From positions 1 to 64,000 of the forward strand of contig PDIP01000070.1 in NCBI GenBank assembly GCA_002811645.1: a stretch of 64,000 nt of DNA, written 5' to 3'. Every line of letters starts with the position of its first letter. The stretch's first letter is position 1. The DNA is from Corallochytrium limacisporum Hawaii (lineage: Eukaryota; Protista; Pluriformea). The notes below the pieces were generated by a model that did not search any database, was not told where the DNA came from, and was given only the letters and a program-made list of their open reading frames with translations. This document shows, piece after piece, positions 36,235-47,424 of the stretch. A program made the position numbers and the translations under genes.

Positions 36235-38124
36235 TTAGAGGTCATAGGTCTTTACTACCTCACGCAAAGGTTGACGATCGAACGGACACACCTGCTTCTT
36301 CGCGTTGTAGCATTTCATGGCACAGGAGAAGCACAGTCTATGCCCGCAAGGGACCAACACAGCATCCCGGGAGCGTGTGAGACAGACATTGCAGTTGTTC
36401 ATGCCCTGGTCCTCGAGTACGGTTGAATGATCGTTGGCGTTTGCGACCGCATGCTCGCTGATCTCGTCGGTCCGAGTCCGTGCTGAAATAGTGGCAGCAG
36501 GAGACAGCCCAGCGCTCGTTCGAGTTTGAACCGTAATTGTATACCCGTGGTCGGAGAAAAGATTCTGAATGTCACATGCCCGCACATCACCATTCACACG
36601 CACTGTTTGTGCACTCCCCGGATCAGCAGCATCTCCTTCGCTTGCAAAGTATGCAATCGTAAACCCCTCAATGGGAGCACCATTACATAGGCCATCCACG
36701 TCTGTATTGCAATTCCATTGCAGGGTCATGAACCGTACACCACGAGCGACACATACAACCTGAGGAGGTTTACTGGGTGCTCTTACTTTGGAAGTCGTCA
36801 TAGATTTCTGCCACAGTATTCTGTGTTTACCAGCTCGGATACTGACATTGTAGCAGGTCTCTGGGGTCAGGCCAGTGATGATGCACATTCCCATGTCGAC
36901 GGAGCATGGCTTTGACTCATCATTGTATTGTACGGTCACCGTGTCATCATCCGCCAATAAAGTTGTCCATTCCGCGCGCATGCTCATCCACTCCACAGTC
37001 GCGGCTGCAGGAGAAATATGACTGATTGAAGGTTCGCAGCTGTGTTCTTCATTGACTGCGTCATCAGTGTGATCGAGGTCTTCCACAAAGACATCGACAA
37101 GAGGCCATTGTACTCTAATGGGCGTTCCTCTAGTGCCTAAGAACTCCAAGGTGGCCAGTCCTATGTCATGCATTTCGACCAACAGCCCCTCGATCCAATC
37201 GATACCGTCTTGAGACCGTGACAGATATTGATCATCTGGACGCCCAGCTACTTGGATACGAATCTTTTCGCGGCCCTTGAGGTCCATCTCGGTGACTCTC
37301 CTTCGCGGTACTACATGGCGAATTCGATCCCGTGCGAGTCGGTCCGGGTTTCGTGATGATCCCGGGTAGTCAATAAAAAACACGGTCACTGCTCCGCTGC
37401 TGTCGGTCTCTGGAACCGCTCCGTCTGCGGCGCTCAAAATATCCTTGTCAACAATTCGTGCGGCGTACCACACATTGGCATGGATGTAATATGTAATGCC
37501 TGTTGCCTCGTCGAAGAGATTGTAGGGTCCAGCCACTAGGCATTCTTGAGATTCAGCTTGCTGTAGGACCAGCACTGAATGTGATGAGCCCGCTGCAGCG
37601 GTCGAAGGCGCTGTATCCTCCACCAAGTCAGGCACCTCGTCATCGTCTTCACTTGGAGAAGGAATCTTTAGGCGCCTTGGTTCAATGTGCACACGATCCC
37701 GATCGAGCTTGCACAATACGTTCTCTCCATCTTGTCCCACAAAAATTAAGACCGCGTCATTGTCCGACAGGGTTGCCAACCTTGCCACCAGCCAGTCGTT
37801 TGTAGTATGTCCTTGAATTTGTACTAGATCTCCGGGGCGCACAGGATCCTTTGCCTGTAGCATCTTGATTCGCTGTGGCTCTTTCCGAATCAGCTCTGCG
37901 CTGATGATATCTGGATTCGGCTGCCATGTTGGATAGTCCAGATACTTTACCAAACCCTTCTTGGCATTCTGATCATATGATAGCAACTCTGCGCGGTACC
38001 AGCCCTCGCAGTGTACAAGAAGAGGTCTATGCAATGGTCCCGGAGACAAGCTCGTCAATCCCCGCCAGCAGACCTCTACTTGAGATCCAACTAGCCCACT
38101 CAGTGCCTGACTTCCTGACTCCAT
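36235..38124 (-). CDS. RING-finger (C3HC4, IAP/MDM2-like C-terminal) E3 ligase with Tudor/Agenet-like repeats and FN3 domains, 629 aa
   Basis: C-terminal CNVC..RDAVLVPCGH.LC..C...CPFDR. FN3 signatures ITGLTPETCYNVSIRA, NGAPIEGFTI and IQNLFSDHGYTITVQ. Duplicated WY.A.(L/I)...V.(Y/F).DYP...NPD motif. Confidence 0.8.
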   Translation of the reverse strand: MESGSQALSGLVGSQVEVCWRGLTSLSPGPLHRPLLVHCEGWYRAELLSYDQNAKKGLVKYLDYPTWQPNPDIISAELIRKEPQRIKMLQAKDPVRPGDLVQIQGHTTNDWLVARLATLSDNDAVLIFVGQDGENVLCKLDRDRVHIEPRRLKIPSPSEDDDEVPDLVEDTAPSTAAAGSSHSVLVLQQAESQECLVAGPYNLFDEATGITYYIHANVWYAARIVDKDILSAADGAVPETDSSGAVTVFFIDYPGSSRNPDRLARDRIRHVVPRRRVTEMDLKGREKIRIQVAGRPDDQYLSRSQDGIDWIEGLLVEMHDIGLATLEFLGTRGTPIRVQWPLVDVFVEDLDHTDDAVNEEHSCEPSISHISPAAATVEWMSMRAEWTTLLADDDTVTVQYNDESKPCSVDMGMCIITGLTPETCYNVSIRAGKHRILWQKSMTTSKVRAPSKPPQVVCVARGVRFMTLQWNCNTDVDGLCNGAPIEGFTIAYFASEGDAADPGSAQTVRVNGDVRACDIQNLFSDHGYTITVQTRTSAGLSPAATISARTRTDEISEHAVANANDHSTVLEDQGMNNCNVCLTRSRDAVLVPCGHRLCFSCAMKCYNAKKQVCPFDRQPLREVVKTYDL

Positions 38125-38888
38125 ATCGAATCCTTCATCCTATGGTGCCATGACTCTTTCATGCCAGCTTTCACGGTCAAGGTGCAGAATTCTATCCTCG
38201 CCTTTCAGCGTCTGATCTGTGTCGTCATGTTCCAATCGGCCTCAAGTACTCTGTCGCTCCTTAGTCTCTTCATTGGTCACTCTGTCAGAATGCTTGCCTC
38301 GCGACAGAAAGAGAGGCTAAGGACGTGTGTTGAAGCAAGGTCCGTCCCCGTTTCGCCTGCGTACAAGGGCCAAGTGGCTGACCGGGTACTCAAAACGTCG
38401 CGCGCTTCGCCGGTGGCTAGGTGATGTCCGACTTGCCCGTTTCTCCTCGAAGGGCCCGCTAAAATCAGGCCCCCCTTGCGGACCCGATGTTGCTGCTCGC
38501 CAAGGGAAGCAAAGGATACGTCCCGCCTCGGTTGTGAAACAACGGCAATACGGTGGTACCAAATTTCACAACCCGGGCGGAAGACGCGACTTTCGGGTGA
38601 GGGGGGAAGCCCCTCCCCGGGGGGGGAGGGGTTAGAGCGGCAGGGGAGAGGGTGTCCGGACTCTCAGCGGGAGAGTGGGTCTCTCGTTTTGGAATGTATA
38701 TTGAAATACGAACCGTACACAGAATGCACACAGCTTGGTACAAAGGGTGTGGCATTTGAACATCTCTATTGGTGGATGATAAGAAGCCTCAGCTCACTAA
38801 ATGTAGAACTGTGAAAATCAAAGGCACGATACAATGCACTGTCGTTAGAAGACGGCGTTGGGTAAGGGATCGACGAAAGATAACAACG

Positions 38889-41117
38889 ATGTCGACTCCC
38901 GCGGCTGTGGATACAAACGGGAGCTGTCCCAGAACTGCGGATGGAAAAGAGCGGGCTAGAAAGCTGGTTCAACTGTACTTTGTGATGTTGACCGCAGGAT
39001 GCGGCACGCAGGACTGTGGAGGATTGAGCTGCGTAAGCAACATTGGTAGTGAACAAGAGGTGCCAACCAATGAAGCTGCAGCCAAAGCTTTGGAGCTCTG
39101 GCTGCAGTACAATGAAAAAGCTCTTTGCAAAGGACTACAGAAGCAATGGGAACAGTGGGTTGAGAAAACTGCTGAGATAATTCCAGAGACAATCGAAGGC
39201 CAGATCAACTATGCGTGTACAAACAGATCGAATCTCGTGAACATGTTCACCCCGACTGCCTCATCGAGCCATGCAATGGAGACGGATTCTAAAAGGACAA
39301 CAAAACGCAAGGCTTCTTTGCCATTGGACCATATTCGCGAAATCTACAGTCGCTGGCTGGAGTCTGAAGACGAATCTGCCATTAAGGATTGCTTGTTCAC
39401 TGCTATGGAGAAGTTAACTGATGGGATCGACAGGATTGATGACACTGCTGAAAATTTCAACGCCACAGAATGGTTGACATTTCTCAATGTTATATGCCTC
39501 AATCCAGAGATCATGGACATCGGATACCAGCCGACTGTGATGCTGCAGACAATGCGGTCCCTGCAGCAGCTATCGGCGGACAATAGGGTGCACTTGATCA
39601 TCATGTGGTCACACATGGACTATGATGGTCTCTTTCATCTGAGAAGTATTTTTCAACAGTGCATCACGTTACGGCTGCTAATGACCGATGAACCACTGGT
39701 CCCAAATGATGACGAGAGCATCATTCTGGCCACGCAGTGCTTGAAGATGGTCTACGATGCAAATGAGATTGGTGAAAAGACCATCATCCCGTATCGGTAC
39801 TTCTACAATGAAGCACTTACGGAGAACTTAGATATCAAGTTAGATCACAGCCGTTGGAAAGAGCTGACAAAGGGTTTCAGTTTTTGCAACAATTACCAGT
39901 TCATTCTGGAACCTCAGGTGAAATCAGAGATCTTGAAGCTAGAGAATCAGTTGCAAATGCGACATGAGATGCAGCAGGCATACTTCAGAGCTATCTTCGC
40001 ACAGCCCATGAATCCGTTCCTATCAATCCGGATACGTAGGGAATACCTAATTCGTGATGCCTTGTTCCAATTGCAGAACAAAGAACCGTCCCAGCTGAGG
40101 AAGCAATTGCGTGTCGAATTCAGTGGTGAAGACGGTGTGGACGATGGTGGTCTCCGCAAGGAATTCTTCCAGCTGATCACTCGAGAAATCTTCTCTGAAG
40201 ACTACGGTATGTTCACATACGACAAGGTTCATCATCATTACTGGATCAATCCCAACTCTATCGATGCATCGGCAGAGTTTGAACTGGTTGGCAAGATCCT
40301 TGGTTTGGCCATCTACAACTCGATCATTCTGGATGTCCGCTTCCCGACGGTGATATATAAGAAATTGCTCGGCAAGGACGGCGTCTTTGCCGATCTGGCC
40401 CTGTCCCATCCGGATGTATATCAAGGACTGTCGAAACTGCTTGAGATGCCCCCGGATGACATTGAAGACGTGGGCTTGACGTTCAGTGTTGATGAGGAAC
40501 ATTTTGGTACTGTACGTCAGATTGAATTGAAGCCAGGCGGCGGTGACATTGCTGTTACCGGTGGAAATGTCAAGGATTACGTACATCGCTATGCCAATCA
40601 CATCCTTAACGGAAGCATTGCAGAGAACTTCAATGCGTTTAAGACTGGGTTTGAAGAGGTGGCAACTGTCCAGAGTGAGAAGGAACTTACTGGGTCCTCG
40701 AGTAATCTGGCAAAGAGCCAGATTGCACTGTACCTCTTCCGAGCGGAGGAGCTGGAACTGTTGATTAAGGGCTCTGATGTCCTGGATTTTGAGGCCCTCA
40801 AAAAGGTTACCATCTACGATGGTGGCCTTACTGCGGAGCACCCTCTGGCAAAGAATTTCTGGGCTGCTGTAGACGAGATGACCGATGAAGAACGCAAGGA
40901 TTTACTGCGATTCACCACCGGCACGGATCGCTGTCCTATTGGGGGACTCGGCCGAATGCAATTCATAGTTGCCAAGAATGGTGCGGACTCTGATCGTTTG
41001 CCAACAGCGCACACATGCTTCAATGTGCTCCTACTGCCGAATTATGAGACGAAGGAAAAGTTGCAGGAGCGCCTTCTTAAAGCCATCAAGAATAGTGAAG
41101 GCTTTGGTCTGTGCTAA
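38889..41117 (+). CDS. UBE3A: HECT E3 ubiquitin ligase UBE3A/E6AP-like, 742 aa
   Basis: N-terminal AZUL Zn domain (YF..LT.GCG..DC....C...NEAAAKALEL...LC). HECT domain (LRVEFSGEDGVDDGGLRKEFF, RLPTAHTCFNVLLLP, GFG). Start moved to ATG 38889. Confidence 0.92.
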   Translation: MSTPAAVDTNGSCPRTADGKERARKLVQLYFVMLTAGCGTQDCGGLSCVSNIGSEQEVPTNEAAAKALELWLQYNEKALCKGLQKQWEQWVEKTAEIIPETIEGQINYACTNRSNLVNMFTPTASSSHAMETDSKRTTKRKASLPLDHIREIYSRWLESEDESAIKDCLFTAMEKLTDGIDRIDDTAENFNATEWLTFLNVICLNPEIMDIGYQPTVMLQTMRSLQQLSADNRVHLIIMWSHMDYDGLFHLRSIFQQCITLRLLMTDEPLVPNDDESIILATQCLKMVYDANEIGEKTIIPYRYFYNEALTENLDIKLDHSRWKELTKGFSFCNNYQFILEPQVKSEILKLENQLQMRHEMQQAYFRAIFAQPMNPFLSIRIRREYLIRDALFQLQNKEPSQLRKQLRVEFSGEDGVDDGGLRKEFFQLITREIFSEDYGMFTYDKVHHHYWINPNSIDASAEFELVGKILGLAIYNSIILDVRFPTVIYKKLLGKDGVFADLALSHPDVYQGLSKLLEMPPDDIEDVGLTFSVDEEHFGTVRQIELKPGGGDIAVTGGNVKDYVHRYANHILNGSIAENFNAFKTGFEEVATVQSEKELTGSSSNLAKSQIALYLFRAEELELLIKGSDVLDFEALKKVTIYDGGLTAEHPLAKNFWAAVDEMTDEERKDLLRFTTGTDRCPIGGLGRMQFIVAKNGADSDRLPTAHTCFNVLLLPNYETKEKLQERLLKAIKNSEGFGLC

Positions 41118-41254
41118 AGAAAGCCCATTTAAAACTCGCGTGATGCAGCTTTAAGTACGGTTACCTAACTACTAGAATCTTTCATTTGTCTTCACGGTAT
41201 GTGTGCTAGTCTCTCATCTCCTATTTACTAATGAAGTCACGTTCCCCTAAATAT

Positions 41255-42169
41255 TTAGCATCGCTTTAGCAAATCCTTAGCTTCATCCTGGGCGCCCTGA
41301 TCGTCGGCATCGACTATGGGCAGCTTCAGTGCCTTCTCTAGCCACGGCTTGGCCTCTTCCGGTTTGCCCATTTTCAGGTAGCACTTGCCAATCATAACCT
41401 GGTTCTTCTTGTAGAATCCAGGCTCCAGCTTTTCAGCCTCGACAAAATGCTGTAGGGCTTCCTCCCAGGTACTCTCCGGGATGGTACCGAAGATGGCAGC
41501 TGCAATTCGACGCTCGTACCATGCCACCTCGGATACACCAACGCACCACATTCCGAGCAGGTGACGGCTAGTAGGGTCCTGCGGGTTCAGCTCGCAGGCC
41601 TTGTCAAAGTGCTCGCGGATCTTCATAATGTTCCCTATCTTCTCCTTGGTTGCCAAAAAGTCACCCAGAGCACTAAGAGTGATGGCGTACCACTTGTGGA
41701 CAGCGAAATCATTATCCTGGTCCATGGCCAGTGCCTCTGTGGCGAGGTTTTGAGCCTCCCGTATAAACGCTTCCTTCTGCTTCTTGTCCGTGGCTGCATC
41801 TCCGAGCTTGTATGCGCACCGGGCCTGACGCCACTTGATGGCCGCAGAGCCTGGGGCCAGCGCGTCGTAGTCCGCCAGAAGCCTGGCGAGTGCCTCCATG
41901 TCATTACGTTCGAACAGTTGATCCGCGAGAGCGATCACGCTCTGCAGGTCAGGCGCCTTGCATTGGACCACAACCAAGGGGGAGAACGTGTAATACGCCA
42001 CAAAAGCAGCCACACCTCCGGATGCGGCAGCAAACATGGAAGATCTGATGCCCTTGCTGCTGATACTGCCGTACGATCTTGCCGTGCTTAATGGCCGCGA
42101 CACTGCCACCCTGACAGCGCCCGGCCGAACGGAGCGGACTGCCAGTCCCCGATGCAAACCGCGCATCAT
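41255..42169 (-). CDS. RMDN1: Regulator of microtubule dynamics (RMDN/FAM82) TPR-like protein with a mitochondrial presequence
   Basis: ADQLF, WR.AR, HKWYAI, ELNP.D.T..HLLG.WC..V....WYERRIAAAIF...P.ST.EEAL..F..AE...PGFY.KN; R-rich N-terminus. Confidence 0.88.
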   Translation of the reverse strand: MMRGLHRGLAVRSVRPGAVRVAVSRPLSTARSYGSISSKGIRSSMFAAASGGVAAFVAYYTFSPLVVVQCKAPDLQSVIALADQLFERNDMEALARLLADYDALAPGSAAIKWRQARCAYKLGDAATDKKQKEAFIREAQNLATEALAMDQDNDFAVHKWYAITLSALGDFLATKEKIGNIMKIREHFDKACELNPQDPTSRHLLGMWCVGVSEVAWYERRIAAAIFGTIPESTWEEALQHFVEAEKLEPGFYKKNQVMIGKCYLKMGKPEEAKPWLEKALKLPIVDADDQGAQDEAKDLLKRC

Positions 42170-44076
42170 GGTTGGTCTACTCTAAGTTACAACAAAGAAC
42201 TAACCCCTCACTGAATGGACAAAACGATAGCCACCAGGCTAAGAAAGAACTTGAAATCTTCAGATACCCATGTCTTACGTGGCTTGGTAGTGCTGACACG
42301 CCCTCGACCCATCATCCGTCGGGCTCTCTCCTGACCGGGCACGAGTCCCTCTCCGAGATCTCACGCAGGGAACCCAGATCGCTCCGTTAGGCCCCCGAAT
42401 CATCCGTACAAAGTCTATTCATCCCGGGATCCCATAAACAAACCGGGACCTATCGGAAAGGAGGGGGGGGGGGATAACCCTCACCCTACCCGCCCCGTGG
42501 CTCAGGGAAAAAGGTCTCAGACCCACTGCTCCCCCCGGAAGGGGGGGGGGAGGAGGGAGAGGTGGCCCTACCGTTTCCACTTTTATTCATGATGCGCGAA
42601 CCCCGTGCCAATATTAGGCCCCGTGCTTACGTCGGCAGGAATCAATCAAGTTTGATCATATTCCTTTGATTTGATATTTAAAGAAATACCAGGGGGCGCC
42701 TGTCCAGGAGAAAAAGTTAAAAAGTGGTGTCGCCAAAAGGCGGCAAGGCCCAACCGCTCTTATTCTGCCGCCATTGGCCATTTTTGGACCAATGAGAGGC
42801 CCCCATTGGGGGAGCGCTGTCGTCCGAATGGTCACAAAGGAAGGGACCGCGCAGGAATGACGCACAAGCAAAGCAGCAAGAGCGGTTTTGGATGGTTTCC
42901 GGTAGAAAATATACTGGCTCTTTCTGTTGCAAGCGGCGAGAGGAGCGTTAGAAAAAATATTTCTCACAGCCCGGATTCCAGCAAGGTCAGAAACGGACCT
43001 GATCGCGACGAAGCCGCGATACCTATATATAATGTACTGAGTTCCTTATCTGCTAGGACGGGGAGGGGCAATACATGTGAAAGGCGCGACATGCTAAAAT
43101 TAAAAAGGTGGTCCACGAAAATATCTCCGGTAGTTTCAGTACAGCGGCATTAATGTTCTTCCATCTCCAGCTTAAACCTTCTCATTCATTATCTCTATGA
43201 ACGCAGAGCGGTCTTTTTTTTTTCTTATAAAGGGGGAGAGGCAGCGGGACGGCCATGCCCAGCCAAAACCAGTGTTTAGCAGAAAATTCAGAGGTGAGCA
43301 CATACACGCCGAACCCAGTCTGAATGTACTGGACTTGCAAAGCTGATGTCCGAAAATCGAGAGCGCGTCCCCGATGTAGCGGGCTCTGTTGGTCATCGAT
43401 CGTCAGCAACCGCACATCGAGAGAACCGAAGACCAAGACGATCTGATTTTTTGCTGCGGTTGGTAATAGCGCACCCACCCTCCCCACCACCAAGAACAAA
43501 ACCCACCTCTCCCTCCCTTTCCCTCCCCTCCACCTCCCTCCTTCTCAACGGGAAGGAAAAGGGGGGGGGGGAGAACTTCGGAACCACCCACGAAAGCCTG
43601 AACTCTTCAACCACTGTTGGGACGTTTTGATTCTGTTCGTTACTGTTGTCTGTTAGTTGTTGCCCTCGCTGCTGGGTGCAGGAAGTGGGTATGTGTGTGA
43701 GTGTGTATGTGTAGAGAGATACACCGTTGCGGCCGTCAACCGTGCTTCCGCCTCCCGTTGGGTAGGCGCGCTTTGACCCTGACGGCCGGCTTCGATGGTT
43801 GCGGGGGTGGGAGAAAGGGGTTCCATGTTCGAGCTGGAGTCCGCGCAGAGTGATACTCGCGTCGCGGATTTTACGTCGCAACGGTAGGACCGCTGGAATG
43901 TGTTTGGTTTGCAGGAAGTCTGCGAGATCTATTTCAAAAAGGAAGGAAAATAAAAAGGAAAGTGGAATATTTCCGCACATAAATGGTCAAGATTTGAAAA
44001 GTATAGGTGTGACGAACGGAGGTGTGGGAAACGATCCATCAATGAACGGGTGATAGAGAGGTGCCTAGAGTGTGCC

Positions 44077-45981
44077 ATGGATGAAAGAGAAACTGCTTCC
44101 GAAATGGCCACAGTAACCCAAGGAAAAATGGACAGCTCTGCACGGCAGCTTCATGCTGAACACGAGGAGTCAAAAATTTCTACGAACAATTCGGGAAGTG
44201 CATCTGATTTATACAGTGACGATGAGGACGACGACATCCTTGTTGATATGCCAGGTAAAAAGAAGGATGCGGGCATGTCACTGCTCGACTTCCTCAGAGA
44301 CAGTGCTGTTGAACCCCCTCCGGAAGAAGAGCGCAGGTTGAGCAATGGTGGTGGCAAGGGAAAGCGTGTGGAAGTCACCAGCAAGAATCTCATTGAGGAG
44401 GATAGTGAGACTACTAGTGTCACCAGCGGAATGAATCAATGGGACCGGCCACAGGTAACATTGAAGCGCCGTGACAGTATATTCAATGTGGGTACCCCTC
44501 GGGGAACCCCTGTTGCAGCCAGTAGCCTCGGCAGTCAGATGAGCAACATGGATATTCCTGGAGTGAGATGGACGGACATTTATTGCCCAACAGAGTCAGA
44601 CAACGCACCGGGGGGCAACCCTTGTGAAGATTTGGCTCTGAAGCGTCACAGCATGTACCAGGATCTGGTCGAACGCATGAAGACAGCAGACGGTGGGTTG
44701 GCCGTGCAAGATTACAAGAGTTTCCGCAAGGTAACCCCCGATGTATTCTTTGCTAGTGATCTGGTGTCATGGATCCAGAACTACAGCAAATTCCCGACAC
44801 GTGAGTTGGCTCTCAACTTGGCACAGCAGCTGTACCAAAATGGATATCTGTTCCCGATCAGTTTTGTCGCCCTAGGCGACGAGCAGATTATGTGTCGGTT
44901 CCAGACCCCCCTGTGGTGGCCAACGCAGCCCAAAGTGCCAACCGACCAGGACTACGCGCTCTTCCTGATCAAGAAAGGTCTGACCAAAAAGACAAAGACT
45001 ACACTACTGCCGTACGAGCAAGAGAATATGCGTGCGTTGAAAGAACTCCTTGGCAAGGATTGGGCAAAGATCGAAGTCAAGGCAGCAGAACAAAACAAGA
45101 AGCAGAAGTCGTCGGCGATATCCAAGTTGTCGAAAGACAAGCGACTATCTCGGGATCGCAAGATTTACGAATCGCAGGAGCAGGCATTCTGGTACTACCA
45201 TCGGCCACCTTTTGACATGGGGCAGCGTAACCTGGCGGATCCTAGAATCCACGTGCGTCACCACAGTCCCCTCTACCCCAATCTTGCCATCCCACCGATG
45301 CGCAAAATTGGTCAGGAAGAAGCGGATATGGCCCTCTCAGAATGTATCCGGAGTCTGAAGATGCAAATGGACAGCCCTATTCCGAAGATCAGCCAGATAT
45401 CAACCGAGGTGCTGGAACAGATGCAGGAGAACTGGAAGTACGTGAAGGATCCCTTGGTGCGTTCCAAGGATTGGGAACACGTTAGTCCGGACGAAGAGGA
45501 TGACTACCGTACAGATAACCAGTGGTGCTGGCAACCGGACGAAACTCGCGCCAAGAAACTGGGTACCAGCTTCGTAGTTCTCACAAAGGCACCCGTGTGG
45601 AAGGAGCATTGTGATGCACTATTGCGGTCCAATATTGGCATCGCACAATTCCATCGTTTTCTGTCGAAAGAATATTCTGATGAGAACCTGAACTTTTATC
45701 ACGATGCCTGGGTTGTGCGGGCTGCCGGTGCTGAGCTGCTAAACACACACATTCGACGTGTGTTTGACACCTACTTCTCTGCAGCAACCGACCACGAAAT
45801 CAACGCCGACGACAGGGATCGCAAGAAGATCCAAAAGGCCATGGACAGCAATGAGTACTCTCGGGAAATGTTCGACGATGCTAAGAAGGCCATTTACAAT
45901 TTGATGGCCAAGGACAGTTTCCCTCGTTTCTTACGAGACGGTACTTTCAAACAGTTCTTACAATCGCACGACGCTCTATAA
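44077..45981 (+). CDS. R7-family RGS protein (DEP-DHEX-GGL-RGS; RGS6/7/9/11-like)
   Basis: DEP (VF..SDLV.WI...LA..L...GYLFPI), RFQTPLWWP..DYA.FL.K, SQEQAFW..HRP, GGL-like KISQ...DPL..DN.W, and an RGS box (F.RFL.KEYS.ENL.F...IYNLM.KDSFPRFL). Start at ATG 44077. Confidence 0.9.
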   Translation: MDERETASEMATVTQGKMDSSARQLHAEHEESKISTNNSGSASDLYSDDEDDDILVDMPGKKKDAGMSLLDFLRDSAVEPPPEEERRLSNGGGKGKRVEVTSKNLIEEDSETTSVTSGMNQWDRPQVTLKRRDSIFNVGTPRGTPVAASSLGSQMSNMDIPGVRWTDIYCPTESDNAPGGNPCEDLALKRHSMYQDLVERMKTADGGLAVQDYKSFRKVTPDVFFASDLVSWIQNYSKFPTRELALNLAQQLYQNGYLFPISFVALGDEQIMCRFQTPLWWPTQPKVPTDQDYALFLIKKGLTKKTKTTLLPYEQENMRALKELLGKDWAKIEVKAAEQNKKQKSSAISKLSKDKRLSRDRKIYESQEQAFWYYHRPPFDMGQRNLADPRIHVRHHSPLYPNLAIPPMRKIGQEEADMALSECIRSLKMQMDSPIPKISQISTEVLEQMQENWKYVKDPLVRSKDWEHVSPDEEDDYRTDNQWCWQPDETRAKKLGTSFVVLTKAPVWKEHCDALLRSNIGIAQFHRFLSKEYSDENLNFYHDAWVVRAAGAELLNTHIRRVFDTYFSAATDHEINADDRDRKKIQKAMDSNEYSREMFDDAKKAIYNLMAKDSFPRFLRDGTFKQFLQSHDAL

Positions 45982-46047
45982 TGCGAATATAAAAAATATT
46001 GGTCTAGGATACAGAAGATGTTCTTTTAGCTGTTATTGCTGTGAGCT

Positions 46048-47424
46048 CTAAAGCTTCAGGCGCTTTTCTGCTTCATCGAGGGACTCATCCATCTTGCAGA
46101 ATGCGAAACGCGCATAGTGCGATCCGATGTGTGCGTTCTCTTTACAGTAGAACGCGCTTGGAGGAATGGCAGTCACGCCCTTTTGTTTCGTTAGGTAGCG
46201 ACAGAACGCCCAGTCAATGGCCGGGTCGTCGTCTTGGAGTTCCTTCTCCACATCCTGAGATACCTTTTTCCTGGCCTCGGAAATGTTTGCCATGATGAAG
46301 AATCCACCCTGAGGAACTGTTGGGTGTAGTCCAGCATTGTCAAGGATCGTAATCAGTTTCTCCCGTTTTCGAGTGTATTCAGCCCGGAGGTACTCGTAGT
46401 AATTCGGGAATCCGCCATAGGGATCTTCAGCCTTGATCAGCGCCATTGCGACGGCCTCTTGGAGTGGAGTGGCCACACTGAATGGAGACCACGCGTGACT
46501 GATTGTCACCGCACTGACAAGACTGGCCGGGCCGATGACCCAGCCGATCTTCCAACCAGTAACACTGAAGGTCTTACCTGCACTGCTGAAGGTTAGCGTC
46601 CGATCCCACATGCCAGGGAGAGAAGCAGTGCGTACCATCTTAGTGTCCTTGTAGGTGATGTGCTCATACACCTCATCGCTGAACACGACTACCTGTGGCC
46701 AGGATTCAAGCACCTTGGCCATATCAAGAAGCTCCTTCTCACTGAAAACCTTACCAAGGGGGTTGTGTGGGGAGTTGATGATTATTGCCTTAGTTTTAGG
46801 GTTGAGCAGCGCTTTCAGTTCTTCTAGATCAACCGTCCAGTCCGCAGATGACGAGTGCGTTTTGTGATCCGCGTCCTTGGGGGGATGTAAGGGTAAATAA
46901 CGGGGCACACCACCTGCCATTTTGAGCTGTGCCACGTAAATGTCAAAGCTAGGCTCCATCACAATCACTTCGTCGCCCGGGTTGACGAAGCTTTGGATCG
47001 CCGCATACAAGCCTTGTGTTACGCCGACGGAAACCATCACCTCGGTCAGAGGGTTAATGGACTCCCGATTCAAACGCTTACTATACTGGTCAGCCAGGAT
47101 TTTGACTAGGGGAAGAGCACCAGCAGACCGGGCGTACTGGTTGTGGCCGGCGTTGAGGGCCTCATGCGCCGCTTCGATTACGAACGGAGGACTCGGCCAG
47201 TCAGGAAATCCCTGTCCAAGGTTCACAGACTTGTACTGCACACTCATGGGCGTGAACTCATGCCAAACAGTCTTCGGTGGGAATTGTGCCACACGATCAC
47301 TTCGCTGGATCTTAAGTTCCCCCGTCATCTTAGCGAGAGTGAACCGTACGTCCCTTACTACGCCAACGTTTTGTTTACGCAGATCCGCGATAACATCTCT
47401 TGTCGTACACCAACTTTCTTTCAT
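46048..47424 (-). CDS. KYAT: Kynurenine aminotransferase / cysteine-S-conjugate beta-lyase (class I PLP aminotransferase)
   Basis: VW.EF...VNLGQGFPD, NQYAR, N.PHNP.GKVF, SDEVYE, PLP lysine in SAGKTFSVTGWKIGW, RFAFCK. The start is uncertain (ATG 47424 or 47328); the track start is a non-ATG codon. Confidence 0.9.
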   Translation of the reverse strand: MKESWCTTRDVIADLRKQNVGVVRDVRFTLAKMTGELKIQRSDRVAQFPPKTVWHEFTPMSVQYKSVNLGQGFPDWPSPPFVIEAAHEALNAGHNQYARSAGALPLVKILADQYSKRLNRESINPLTEVMVSVGVTQGLYAAIQSFVNPGDEVIVMEPSFDIYVAQLKMAGGVPRYLPLHPPKDADHKTHSSSADWTVDLEELKALLNPKTKAIIINSPHNPLGKVFSEKELLDMAKVLESWPQVVVFSDEVYEHITYKDTKMVRTASLPGMWDRTLTFSSAGKTFSVTGWKIGWVIGPASLVSAVTISHAWSPFSVATPLQEAVAMALIKAEDPYGGFPNYYEYLRAEYTRKREKLITILDNAGLHPTVPQGGFFIMANISEARKKVSQDVEKELQDDDPAIDWAFCRYLTKQKGVTAIPPSAFYCKENAHIGSHYARFAFCKMDESLDEAEKRLKL

